Positions 29,069 through 38,477 of a stretch of DNA of 64,000 nucleotides are shown here, in pieces; position 1 is the stretch's first letter; every line of letters starts with the position of its first letter. Below the pieces are notes generated by a model. The model saw only the letters and a program-made list of their open reading frames with translations, had not been told where the DNA came from and did no database searches. The position numbers and the translations under genes are program-made. Location of the stretch: the NCBI GenBank assembly GCA_963747115.1, contig CAVVEB010000019.1:76704-140703 (forward strand), read 5' to 3'. This DNA is from an uncultured delta proteobacterium. Its GTDB lineage: Bacteria > Desulfobacterota > Binatia > Binatales > Binataceae.

Positions 29069-29989
29069 TCACATAATCCTTTCTCGAAGATGTCGGTGAA
29101 TCCGCCCGACCAATGGAACGCGCTGCGCTCTTATCGCCCGTACGTACTCTAGTGAGTCATGATCGAGACAATTTCGTTCCATGCCGGGTAGCCCGCGTAT
29201 AGCCGCCGTGCAGCCGCGCAAAAAAGCTCCCAGCTGCTTCGCGCGCAGGGCAAACAGTCCCATCATGACCACGTAGCGCAAAGATTGCCGCAGAGCCGTT
29301 GAGGTCGGGAACGATCGATAGCCCACCCAAATTCCGTTGCGAGTGTTATAGTAATACAGTCGCCATCCAGGACGCTCCTCGCTGGCGACATAATGAGTTA
29401 CCGCGATCCGCGGCGTATGCATCAGGCGCGATCCGTCGCGGATCAGGCGGTAGCCGAGATCGACGCCTTCGTGTCCGAGGAAGAATGCGGCTGGATATCC
29501 GCCCACCCTCAAGACCTTGTCGCGGCTGAGCGCGCTCGCGCCTTCCAAAATGAAATGAGTTTCGAACTCACGGGAAGCGTGGGAGATGGGTCGTGGATGA
29601 CACCAGTCACGCTCGAGCACTTGCCCATCAGATCCTAGCACGGTGAAATTGAGGCACGCCAGAGAGGAATCACGCGCGAACGCTCTTTCAACTTCCCCAA
29701 TGCAGTCAGCGGAGATAAGTTCAACATCATCATCGATCGTGATCAGAATTTGCGTGCGGGCAGCGCGCAGAGCGATGTTGCGCCCTTCGCATCCGCCATT
29801 GGACGGCGCGGCGAGGTACCGCACCGCCGGGAATTCGGATTCGATCAGCCGCTTCAGTTCAGGTTCCGCGGCATTATCCACCACAATTATTTCTTCGACG
29901 TGGGAGGCGCAGACGCAGGCGGACCTAAGCGCACGCATCAAATGCTGATGGCGTTTGTAGGTCAAGATCGCGATCGAGACGGCTTTCAT
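29069..29989 (-). CDS. family 2 glycosyltransferase
   Basis: VSIAILTYKRHQHLMRALRS, EIIVVDNAAEP and LITIDDDVEL (DxD). The start overlaps the upstream stop. Confidence 0.85.
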   Translation of the reverse strand: MKAVSIAILTYKRHQHLMRALRSACVCASHVEEIIVVDNAAEPELKRLIESEFPAVRYLAAPSNGGCEGRNIALRAARTQILITIDDDVELISADCIGEVERAFARDSSLACLNFTVLGSDGQVLERDWCHPRPISHASREFETHFILEGASALSRDKVLRVGGYPAAFFLGHEGVDLGYRLIRDGSRLMHTPRIAVTHYVASEERPGWRLYYYNTRNGIWVGYRSFPTSTALRQSLRYVVMMGLFALRAKQLGAFLRGCTAAIRGLPGMERNCLDHDSLEYVRAIRAQRVPLVGRIHRHLRERIM

Positions 29990-31233
29990 GCCGCGGCGAA
30001 CCTCAGGTGCCTCTCGAATGCCTCTAGGGTGGCGCGGGTGAGCATTCTTCGGCGTTCGGCGGGAGCGTCCGCCCGCACGTTGAGGACTTGACAGAGCGCG
30101 GCGGCTATTTCTCCACCTCCGCTTTCGGATCCTATCTCATCCCAAAAGAAATCAAGCACGCAGCCGGTACCATAAATCAATGTCGCTAGAGATCCGGCTC
30201 GCGCGGCGGCGAGCAGTCCGCGCGCTCCCAAACTGCGCAGAGCGGCGGGACGCCGCAGCAATCTGCCCCAGTCGCGCGCCCGCTGCGCCGCAGGTTCCAG
30301 TTTGCTAAGGCGCACGAACACGGATCGCCAATCGGCGGCGTATTGACGGCCGCCGAGCATTTGGGTGCTTTCCCAGTTCCATGCCAGCCGCGCGATTTCG
30401 GCTGCTTCGCGGAATCGCTCGAGGGGTACTGCAGGCATGAGCTTTTTCTGACCCAACTTAAGCGCCAAGGCATCGCGGTAATGACCGAGAAACCGTGCGC
30501 TAACCTCATCGCCTAGGATCTCCGGATGGCGGCGAAGGGCATCCTCGAAGGGCCTCTGCCTCGACTGGTATTCCGGCTTGTAGCAGCCTAGGAAAACTGA
30601 AAGGGAAGTGCCAAGATCGATCCAGAACTTGGTCAGCGAATATGCGCCACCGATACTGTCGCGCGTCTCAGCGGCGTACTGATCTCTGACCGCAATCTGC
30701 TCAATTATCCGATTGTTGAGCAGACGGAATGCGTCGCGCCTCATCGCCGCGTCGGCCCATTGCGCCTGCGGCATTGGTATGACGGCCGGATTTCCCCACA
30801 GGAGTTTGCCATGCGTGCATAATTCCCGGGTGAAAATTGTAGGTTTGAGGCGCGGCATGGTGCGGGAATATATTGGGCTGAGTTCGACCTTTATCCCGCG
30901 CGCGACATGCGATGGGTCGGAATTCAGTTCGGCTTCGGTCAGGCGCAGTGCCCGCACTACTTCGTCAACCGGAACTATGCCGCTGATTAAAACCACGAAG
31001 CATTCCACGTCGCTCAGCCAACGAGTTCTGGCGCGGGTGTCGGCAAGCACCGTACCCTCGCCGCGAGCAAAACTCCCGGTAAGGATCAGTCCCGCGAGGC
31101 ATTTGGCAGGAACGTAGGTGCGAACCCGATCGGTCAGAACCTGCAGTTCGCGATTTACCTCATCCTGAAACTCCGGGTCGGCGCTGAGCGGAAATGTGCC
31201 CGGCGGGCTCAGCGCGAACGCGCCGTCATTCAT
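29986..31233 (-). CDS. hypothetical protein with possible minimal nucleotidyltransferase fold
   Basis: 415-aa ORF translationally coupled on both sides by ATGA overlaps. LILTGSFARGEGTV...SDVECFVV loosely fits the G[SG]...D.[DE] pattern of pol-beta-type NTases. The remainder is helical and Arg/Ala-rich. The functional call is weak. Confidence 0.45.
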   Translation of the reverse strand: MNDGAFALSPPGTFPLSADPEFQDEVNRELQVLTDRVRTYVPAKCLAGLILTGSFARGEGTVLADTRARTRWLSDVECFVVLISGIVPVDEVVRALRLTEAELNSDPSHVARGIKVELSPIYSRTMPRLKPTIFTRELCTHGKLLWGNPAVIPMPQAQWADAAMRRDAFRLLNNRIIEQIAVRDQYAAETRDSIGGAYSLTKFWIDLGTSLSVFLGCYKPEYQSRQRPFEDALRRHPEILGDEVSARFLGHYRDALALKLGQKKLMPAVPLERFREAAEIARLAWNWESTQMLGGRQYAADWRSVFVRLSKLEPAAQRARDWGRLLRRPAALRSLGARGLLAAARAGSLATLIYGTGCVLDFFWDEIGSESGGGEIAAALCQVLNVRADAPAERRRMLTRATLEAFERHLRFAAA

Positions 31234-33539
31234 TCCCGGAACGCTTCCTGATCGTACTTCGCGTATTTCCCGTACTTGCCGTATCTGCCGTAACGTCCAT
31301 AGCGCCCGTACTTCTCGTTGCGCACGGTAGAATAGGAAGCTTCGAAACGATTCAGAACCATGCTGAAGAGGGACGCGGGATCGAACATCTTCAGCGCCTT
31401 GGACACCGCCGCACGGGCGGTACTATCGGCGGCGGCGACGAAAACGACCCCATCTGCCGCGGCAGCGAGAATCTGCGCATCCGGAACCAGCAAGGCTGGC
31501 GGGGTGTCAAAAATGATGTATCGGAATGAATCAAGATTCCCCAAGGCGTCCATGAACTCCTTCATCTTCTGCGACGACAGATATTCCGGAGCCCGGTCGC
31601 ACGTGCCTCCAGCGGGAACGATACCTAGCCCTTGAATAGGTGTTGCTTGTACGCATTCGTTGATGTCCGCGGTACCTTTCAGGAAGCTGAGAAATCCGGC
31701 TGATGGGTCGATATCGAGCGAATAGTGCTGATAGGGAGCACGGAAATCGCCATCGATCAGCAAAGCGGTACTGCCTGAAGCGGCTAGCGCTGCGGCCAGG
31801 TTGAGCGCTACGAAACTCTTTCCCTCGCCTCCGACGGCACTTGCAACCACAAAAACCCGCGCCTTGCGCTCCGAGGCCCACATCTGCAGCCGGAAAGCCA
31901 ACAGCTGGAACTCGTCGGACGCAGTGGTCACTATTCCATCTCCGGCCGAAACCAAAGGCGGCGCTGGGTAGCGTTTCATGAACCGGGCGGCGCCATGCTC
32001 ACGCGCGACAGTAGGAACGCTCGCGCCATTCTTCGCGGACGGGTGGGAAGCCGACCCATTGGAATGTCCCGCAAGAGACGCCGCGGATGCGCCATTGTTA
32101 AGGCCAGGCCTAGCGGCCGCACCGTTCCTATTGACTATCCTGAGCTGGCCGCTGCTGTCGACCTCGGGCACACGCGAAATCGCAATAGCCGCAACATCTG
32201 CGAACTCGGACTTGATGTCTTCGGAGTCCTTAAGTGAAGTGTCGCTGATGAATAGTCCAAAAGGAATCGCGAGTGCTATGAACAGCGTGATACCTAACCC
32301 GCCCCCTGCCATCGCCAAATCGTTAGGGTAGGAAGGTTGCGTCGGCAAACTGGCGGCCTGAAGGACTCGCAGGCGCTCCCCTTGTCCGGTTTCGAAGACC
32401 TCCTGGGTCGCACGCGCTTCGAACAAGGAATTGGTCAAGTCGTGATAGTGGCCGGACAAGATCGAATAATCCCGGTCGACGGCGGCAAGTTCCTCTTCGT
32501 GCTTCGGAGTCGATTCGATTAGATGCTGGTAATCGGCGATTTGCTGCTGCAGAGCACCGACCGCCGGGTTTGGATTGGCTGCGGCCGCATCGGTGGCGGA
32601 ATTCGCCAAATCCTTCTGGCTCGCCAACTCGTTCTGGGTCGTCTCGATTTCCCTCTTGGTCTCGATCACCTCGGGATATTCGTCGCTATATCGGGTCCGC
32701 AAGGAAAGTAGCTTGGTCTGCAGTGCTGCGAGCTCCGCCTGCGGAGTTACCAGCTTTTGGCCGCTGGAAGTAGTTACATAGTGCGCGTCCGGCTGGTTCT
32801 CTTCCTGCTGGGCTTTGTCTAGCTGCACCTCGAGGGCTTCGACCGCCCTGACATTCGTCTCAAGATCCTGAGGCAGGCTGCCGCGATACTTTTCCTTCAG
32901 GCTTCTGATTTTCTGCTGGCTCGCATTAAGCTTGGCGCCGGTATCGGCGAGTTCGCTCGTGAGCAATCTGACCGTCTCGGCCGCTTCCTCTTCGCGTTGT
33001 TTGCGGTCGTCGGTAATCATTATCTCACCCAATTCTGAGGCGACCGCTCGCGCAACCTCTGGATGATAATATTGGAAAGACACCTGGACCACGTCAGGAG
33101 GAAGGCTCTTCAACCATCGAGTCGGCGTAATCGTCTGCAACAGAGAATCCGGAATGGTAATCGATATTGCATTGGCCATCTGATGCACGGCGCCAGGCAT
33201 GAGAACTCCGTGATGCCGATAGAGGCCATATTTGGCGATAAGCTGTTTCAGATGGTCGCCGGTGACGGTTTCCTGACTTAGCGAATCCAGCCGTGCCTCT
33301 AAACTAAGCGAGGGATTCGGCGAAGACTGGCTGCTGGTGATCAAATTGGCTTGTATATCCGGCTGCCTGACTTCCAGTACCACGGTCGAAGTGTATTGTT
33401 TCGGCACCCATATCACCGCCACCGCCGTAATCAGAAGACCCACGACCATCGTGAGCCAAAAGCTGGTTCGATGCCGATGAACGACATCCCAATAAGGTGC
33501 AATACTAATAACTGTCTGATTACTCATGGCCAACTCCAT
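31230..33539 (-). CDS. polysaccharide co-polymerase / bacterial tyrosine autokinase (Wzc/GumC/EpsG-like)
   Basis: Wzz-type N-terminus with TM (FWLTMVVGLLITAVAVIWV), long coiled-coil region and a second TM. Kinase domain with Walker A (ASAVGGEGKSF), A' (LLIDGDFR) and B (IIFDTPP). C-terminal Tyr cluster YGRYGRYGRYGKYGKYAKY. Confidence 0.9.
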   Translation of the reverse strand: MELAMSNQTVISIAPYWDVVHRHRTSFWLTMVVGLLITAVAVIWVPKQYTSTVVLEVRQPDIQANLITSSQSSPNPSLSLEARLDSLSQETVTGDHLKQLIAKYGLYRHHGVLMPGAVHQMANAISITIPDSLLQTITPTRWLKSLPPDVVQVSFQYYHPEVARAVASELGEIMITDDRKQREEEAAETVRLLTSELADTGAKLNASQQKIRSLKEKYRGSLPQDLETNVRAVEALEVQLDKAQQEENQPDAHYVTTSSGQKLVTPQAELAALQTKLLSLRTRYSDEYPEVIETKREIETTQNELASQKDLANSATDAAAANPNPAVGALQQQIADYQHLIESTPKHEEELAAVDRDYSILSGHYHDLTNSLFEARATQEVFETGQGERLRVLQAASLPTQPSYPNDLAMAGGGLGITLFIALAIPFGLFISDTSLKDSEDIKSEFADVAAIAISRVPEVDSSGQLRIVNRNGAAARPGLNNGASAASLAGHSNGSASHPSAKNGASVPTVAREHGAARFMKRYPAPPLVSAGDGIVTTASDEFQLLAFRLQMWASERKARVFVVASAVGGEGKSFVALNLAAALAASGSTALLIDGDFRAPYQHYSLDIDPSAGFLSFLKGTADINECVQATPIQGLGIVPAGGTCDRAPEYLSSQKMKEFMDALGNLDSFRYIIFDTPPALLVPDAQILAAAADGVVFVAAADSTARAAVSKALKMFDPASLFSMVLNRFEASYSTVRNEKYGRYGRYGRYGKYGKYAKYDQEAFRE

Positions 33540-34747
33540 CGGTACCCTTCAAACGCGATATCCATGCCCAATACGAAATAATTCCCGTCCGCTTGCTGTC
33601 CTACAGCCAGACCCTGCGGTGCGGTGGACGAACCAGACTCGGACTCCCGGCGAATATTGATATAATTACAGTACAGCGTTAACCACTGGTTGATTCTTTC
33701 GTTCAAGCCAATGCCGTAGGTTACAAACCATGCGTCAACCTGAGGGCCGAAAAATTCACCGTAAGACACCGCACCTTTCGCCGAGAGACGCTGCGTCAGG
33801 TAGTAGGTGAAACTACCTCTCGCCGACCTGCGAAACCCCGCTCCTCCGAGTCCATCGGTCAGACTGGGCTCCTGACCGCCGTATATCTTGATGTTTCCGC
33901 GACGAAACCGATATTCCAGCGTTCCGATCCCAGCCGGATTTATGGTCTGCCGGCCGGTACCCAAAGCGTTGGAAACAACCAGGCCGACAGTACCCTCAAG
34001 CGACAGGTTGTAGGTCGGCTCCCAGTCACCTTTTAGGAATGGCCAATGGTCCTCGGTCGCCGGACGGCTCCCAGCTCCTCCCTGGAACCGAAAATCAGAG
34101 AACTTGTATCCGGGTCCAAAACTGAGTTGCTCATTGTAGTGGTACAGCCCAACAACCTCCACCCCCTGTTGGTAGCTGGTACCACCTCCCGACACCCACA
34201 ATGTCCGCTGGTCAATTCCTAGCTGGCTCGACCAGTCGCGGCTCCAATCGTGATCGAGCGATGCCTCGAAGAGGTTGGATGTCGCTTGGTCATTGGAAAG
34301 GAGCAGCGGCCCGAAAACCTCGTTAAGCGTGGCCGCCGGTTCGCTGGTGCCAACCGCTAAATTGATCGGACTATCGCGTGCGAAGTACTCCCCCAGATTC
34401 AGCCGCGTTCGGCTTCCCAGATTTTCGACGTCGGTGGCACGCATAAACTGCGCCTCACCGGCGCGGTCGAATTCAGTGTTGGTAACAAACAATTGCGCTG
34501 CGGTATTCCATTGAAAGGTTGCCTGCCGCTCCGGCGAAGTTAAATCGAGGAAAAAGCCGGCAAAAGCAGTTCCGATAAAATCTCCCATCGTATTGTTCGC
34601 CGAAAGGCGAACATTGTCGGTATAGGTCCCACTAAGGGTCAAAAACGGGAACACGCGAAGCAAATTATCGGCCCCCGCAATGGTCGGCACCGACAACACA
34701 AAAGCCGTTGCCACAATGATACTGGTTAGTCGCGACTTGGGTTTCAT
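33524..34747 (-). CDS. outer-membrane beta-barrel protein associated with EPS export
   Basis: Signal peptide MKPKSRLTSIIVATAFVLSVPTIAGA, then alternating-hydrophobicity strands rich in Gly/Tyr/Phe. It sits between the Wza-like and Wzc-like genes, as the OMP does in PEP-CTERM-type EPS loci. Confidence 0.6.
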   Translation of the reverse strand: MKPKSRLTSIIVATAFVLSVPTIAGADNLLRVFPFLTLSGTYTDNVRLSANNTMGDFIGTAFAGFFLDLTSPERQATFQWNTAAQLFVTNTEFDRAGEAQFMRATDVENLGSRTRLNLGEYFARDSPINLAVGTSEPAATLNEVFGPLLLSNDQATSNLFEASLDHDWSRDWSSQLGIDQRTLWVSGGGTSYQQGVEVVGLYHYNEQLSFGPGYKFSDFRFQGGAGSRPATEDHWPFLKGDWEPTYNLSLEGTVGLVVSNALGTGRQTINPAGIGTLEYRFRRGNIKIYGGQEPSLTDGLGGAGFRRSARGSFTYYLTQRLSAKGAVSYGEFFGPQVDAWFVTYGIGLNERINQWLTLYCNYINIRRESESGSSTAPQGLAVGQQADGNYFVLGMDIAFEGYRWSWP

Positions 34748-34748
34748 A

Positions 34749-35432
34749 TCATGGCACCGATATCGTATCTCCAGGCTTGACAAAGACATCTGCGGAGAGA
34801 TCTCTGCCCGAGCGCACGAAGTTGTAATTCACCGTCAACACCACGGTATCTGTCCCGGTGTGACGAAGAATCCTGATCTTGCTCGCGTCAGCGTATTGGC
34901 CTAACCCGCCAGCTTCGGCAAGCGCTTGCGACAACACTTCTCCAGAATGAAGCCTGTATACCCCTGGCTTGTTTACTTCGCCTAACACGTAGAATACATG
35001 GCTCGCGGCATTAGTAACACGGACCGTAACGTTCGCATCATTCACATAGCGGACATATCGAGTTTGCAGGTCGTCTTTCAGTTGATCGGGCGTCAGTCCC
35101 GCGGCCTGCTCGCGTCCGATGAGAGGCATCGTAATCGTTCCATCGGAAGCAACGACTACCTTTCCGCTAAGCTGCGGCTGTTGCCACACAACTACCTCCA
35201 GTTCGTCATCGCGTCCGATTATGTAAGGCTCGATCTTCTCCTGCGGACGGGAAATGACGTTTCTCTGAACCGGCGTCCCCAGCAGCGAGCAAGCTGAGGT
35301 CGCTAAAGCAAGCGCCATGATCAAAGCCTTCGCGAGCGCGCGCGTTACATCCGGCAACGGCTTCACGACGCTGGTCGGACCGGCAGAGGATGCTCCTACT
35401 CCGCAACATCTCGTGGTTGACAGTTCGTTCAA
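34749..35432 (-). CDS. Wza-like polysaccharide export protein (Poly_export + SLBB)
   Basis: Lipobox-like ALALATSAC. YIIGRDDELEVVVWQQPQLSG, DGTITMPLIG and VLGEVNKPGVYRL blocks. The true start is possibly GTG 35366. Confidence 0.85.
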   Translation of the reverse strand: MNELSTTRCCGVGASSAGPTSVVKPLPDVTRALAKALIMALALATSACSLLGTPVQRNVISRPQEKIEPYIIGRDDELEVVVWQQPQLSGKVVVASDGTITMPLIGREQAAGLTPDQLKDDLQTRYVRYVNDANVTVRVTNAASHVFYVLGEVNKPGVYRLHSGEVLSQALAEAGGLGQYADASKIRILRHTGTDTVVLTVNYNFVRSGRDLSADVFVKPGDTISVP

Positions 35433-35473
35433 GTTACAGACCCCGGCACCAATCGAAGATCCCCTTTCATTTG

Positions 35474-36406
35474 CTATTCGCGGACTAGACTCCGCACGAC
35501 CGCCTTACGGTGAACGCTTCTCGTCTGTTCTTCCGGCAACGATGCGCGACTGACCTTTACCGCGCCGGCAGCCGCGCGCAACCTTGGCTCCTCGCCAATC
35601 GGCCCGGGAATATGACAGTGGCTGTGACCTTCGGAATCCCAGCTCTTGAGTAAGACGTACTGTTTGCCGTGGCGCTGGATAAGTCCGCGCTCTTCCAGAT
35701 CGTTCATGAGCCGGCTCACCAGGGGCCGCGAACTGGCGATCATCTCGGCCAAGTCGGCATGCGAGAGCTCCGGAATGATCACCGTGCCGCGGTTATCGCG
35801 AACACCTAACCGTGATCCAAGGTCCTCCAGAACCACCTCGAGGCGCTGTTCGAATGACAGTCCGAGAAAACTCGCGCGCCAATGGAACGTGAGCGACCAG
35901 AACGTATTGAGTGACTGCAGCAGCTCAATCATGCGTTCGGAGTCAACCGAGCGGAGCAGCTGGCTGACGTGTTCGCGGGTGAAGAGCGCGATCGAACACT
36001 TCGTGAGCGCCTGCACATCGAAGAGCTTCGCGCGCCGGCCCTTGGGGTCCACATAGTCGGCGAATCCGATGATCTCTCCCGGACCGGCAAGCCGGACCAA
36101 TACCCGTGCGCCGCTGGTCTCATTGCAGTACATCTTTACGTGTCCGGCGAGCACGCAGCCGAATAGGTCGCCGGGAGAACCTTCCAGGAATACCATGGCG
36201 CCGCGGGGAAAGTTCACGGTACTGCGATGATCCAGCAGCTCATCAACAATGTTGTGAGGAACTCGCCACTGACTGAAATTCTCGCGCAGGCGCGACAACA
36301 TTTCGTCGCACATGACACCAAGCGCGCCTAAAACCCAGATAGCGTGTGACAGTGATATAGAGACTCCTACGTGTAACATAGCCTCGCTCCTGGCGCGGCC
36401 AACCAT
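35474..36406 (-). CDS. Crp/Fnr-family transcriptional regulator
   Basis: cNMP-binding-like barrel (FPRGAMVFLEGSPGDLFGCVLAGHVKMY) and C-terminal HTH (HADLAEMIASSRPLVSRLMNDLEERGLI). The start is more likely 36313 or 36301 than 36406. Confidence 0.8.
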   Translation of the reverse strand: MVGRARSEAMLHVGVSISLSHAIWVLGALGVMCDEMLSRLRENFSQWRVPHNIVDELLDHRSTVNFPRGAMVFLEGSPGDLFGCVLAGHVKMYCNETSGARVLVRLAGPGEIIGFADYVDPKGRRAKLFDVQALTKCSIALFTREHVSQLLRSVDSERMIELLQSLNTFWSLTFHWRASFLGLSFEQRLEVVLEDLGSRLGVRDNRGTVIIPELSHADLAEMIASSRPLVSRLMNDLEERGLIQRHGKQYVLLKSWDSEGHSHCHIPGPIGEEPRLRAAAGAVKVSRASLPEEQTRSVHRKAVVRSLVRE

Positions 36407-36431
36407 TTCTTAACCGAAATGATCGCTAAAG

Positions 36432-36447
36432 TTGATAAGCCGATCAT
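36432..36447. promoter_or_regulatory. candidate Crp/Fnr-type half-palindrome upstream of the Crp-like gene
   Basis: TTGAT-aagccg-ATCAT, 26 nt upstream of the longest possible start of 35474..36406. Confidence 0.2.
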
Positions 36448-36526
36448 CTCCAGCCAGCTACAGAATATTTGGTAACTTATCAATCCACTTCCCGTTCAAC
36501 GATCCACAGTCACTCACCTACGCTTC

Positions 36527-37660
36527 TCATACATATGTACGCATGACATCGAAGATGTCCGTAATCCCGTGCAAGCTATCTCCATAGTCAACCGATGACA
36601 CGAATGCTGATCGCGAGGCGGGCGCCGAAGGATGAAACCCATGCATTCCGTGAGGCGCCGTCCGGCCCATATGACTGGGCGCGATTACGGTTCCCTGCCG
36701 CATCAAGAAAATCTCCTCGCCATACTTATGATCAGGAAACCATGCCCGCAGCTTGGTCAATTGCGCGCGATCCAGCCAGGTTCCACAGATGTTTTTGTTC
36801 AACGCTGACATGACCAGCTTGCGGGCGTCTTCGGAAAAGAACCAAAAGCGCGCCATCGTGGAGTCCAGCAGGCACAAATAATCGTCCGGCGCGGTAATCG
36901 GCAAAGCGTTCAGCCGGGCCTGGATATCGACCGTATGAAGTGTCGGCGCCATTCCGTGATCGCCGAAGACGTGGAGGTCGACCCGCCGGTAATTGCCACT
37001 CGCCACCGAATAGAGATGCGCGAGGGCGTCCGAATACCGATCGAGCACGGCCGCGACCGCGGGCGAGTCGTCGGCATGAAGATGCAGAAAATGATCCAGT
37101 TCCGCGAGGTAAAGGAAGTAGAAGCTGTGCTCGCCGCGACGCAGATCCGACTCCATCGATTCGATGAGTTGCTGGTCGGGGCCGTCGTGATAGCAGTAGG
37201 CCTTGTACCGGGTACCGTTCTTCTCCAGCAAATCGAAGATGGAAGTTGAACCCTCGATACCGCCCGGCTGGTAAATGTTCTTCTTTTCGCAGATATCCAG
37301 CCGCGGCAGATATTTCAGCGGCACTCCATAGAGCTGAAAGTAACCGCCGAATTGATTCATGCCGCGCGCGAGACGCTTCACCCCGTAGCGCACATAGCGG
37401 TTTTCCACCATCGCCGGAGGCATCGCACACAACCAGCTCAAACGACGAAACGGCGACTCCTCCTTCGCGCGATGAAATAGTGAAAGCCGTCCATGCTCTT
37501 CGGGAAATTTTCCGGTCAGGATCGACGGGATCGCAGCGGTACTGAACCCCAGTACTGTATCCAGCGGACGCCGGTATGGCGCGACCTGAGCGAGGAATCG
37601 ATGGTCTTTGATCCATTCCCAACCGAGCGCGTCCATTAGTACGAAGATTGCCGTGTTCAT
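36527..37660 (-). CDS. alkaline-phosphatase-superfamily enzyme (type I phosphodiesterase/nucleotide pyrophosphatase-like)
   Basis: FVLMDALGWEW near the N-terminus and VFGDHGM near residue 230 are metal-ligand blocks of this superfamily. Confidence 0.7.
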   Translation of the reverse strand: MNTAIFVLMDALGWEWIKDHRFLAQVAPYRRPLDTVLGFSTAAIPSILTGKFPEEHGRLSLFHRAKEESPFRRLSWLCAMPPAMVENRYVRYGVKRLARGMNQFGGYFQLYGVPLKYLPRLDICEKKNIYQPGGIEGSTSIFDLLEKNGTRYKAYCYHDGPDQQLIESMESDLRRGEHSFYFLYLAELDHFLHLHADDSPAVAAVLDRYSDALAHLYSVASGNYRRVDLHVFGDHGMAPTLHTVDIQARLNALPITAPDDYLCLLDSTMARFWFFSEDARKLVMSALNKNICGTWLDRAQLTKLRAWFPDHKYGEEIFLMRQGTVIAPSHMGRTAPHGMHGFHPSAPASRSAFVSSVDYGDSLHGITDIFDVMRTYV

Positions 37661-38421
37661 CGGGCTCCAGGTTTCCTTGCGATTGCGAGAAGTCCGGAGC
37701 CATGCCGGGTAGTAGTTCTGAGCTCCAGGAAGCTCAGGCTCAACAGAAATGGCAACGCGACCACGAATACGATCGGATTCGGTTTGCTGTCGCCCAGCAC
37801 GAAAAAAATGTCATGCGCGAGATTTCCAAACGGGCCGTACGTCCATACCGTCTTCACTGGCTCCAGCCCGACCTCACGCGCGAGTCCATTGATTTGATCC
37901 GGTGAATATCCCGGCCGCACGTGTCCGATGTCCGCCGGCGTGAACCCGATCCGCCGCTCGCGCCACGCGACCAGTCGCGAATGACGGCGCTGCGGCACCG
38001 ACGGGAAAGTTAGCAGCACGTATCCGCCGGGACGCAACGCGCGCGCCAGATTGGACATCGCGTGGCGGTCGTCCTCGATATGCTCCAGCACGTCGGTGCT
38101 GGTGATGAGATCGTATTCGGAACGCGCCGTGAGATTGAGCAGGTTGTCCTTGCTGAAGCTCGCGTTGCCGAGGTGCAGGGCGGTGGCCGCCGTGCGGCAG
38201 CGTTCCACCCGTTCGTCTTCCAGATCGATGCCGTGGATTTTCCAGCGCGGGAAGAGTCTGGCGCAATGCAGCGCGATATCACCGCGGCCGGTTCCCGCAT
38301 CGAGCATCGCGACACCCTCTTCCGGCAGCCCCAACGCCTTGATTTCGCGGAAAACATGATGGATGCGGATGCGCCCCGGAATGTGGATCTCGCCCACCAG
38401 CCGATATGCCTGTCGTCTCAT
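37657..38421 (-). CDS. class I SAM-dependent methyltransferase with C-terminal membrane segment
   Basis: MLDAGTGRGDIAL, IHGIDLE, YDLITSTDVLEHIEDD and LRPGGYVLLTFP. ATG 38421 was chosen because the upstream part of the listed 461-aa ORF overlaps the FemAB-like gene and is Arg-rich. Confidence 0.75.
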   Translation of the reverse strand: MRRQAYRLVGEIHIPGRIRIHHVFREIKALGLPEEGVAMLDAGTGRGDIALHCARLFPRWKIHGIDLEDERVERCRTAATALHLGNASFSKDNLLNLTARSEYDLITSTDVLEHIEDDRHAMSNLARALRPGGYVLLTFPSVPQRRHSRLVAWRERRIGFTPADIGHVRPGYSPDQINGLAREVGLEPVKTVWTYGPFGNLAHDIFFVLGDSKPNPIVFVVALPFLLSLSFLELRTTTRHGSGLLAIARKPGAR

Positions 38422-38477
38422 GCGCGACGGCTCGGCGATCGCTTTTTCGATTCCGAATCTGGGCGCGGCCACGGCGT

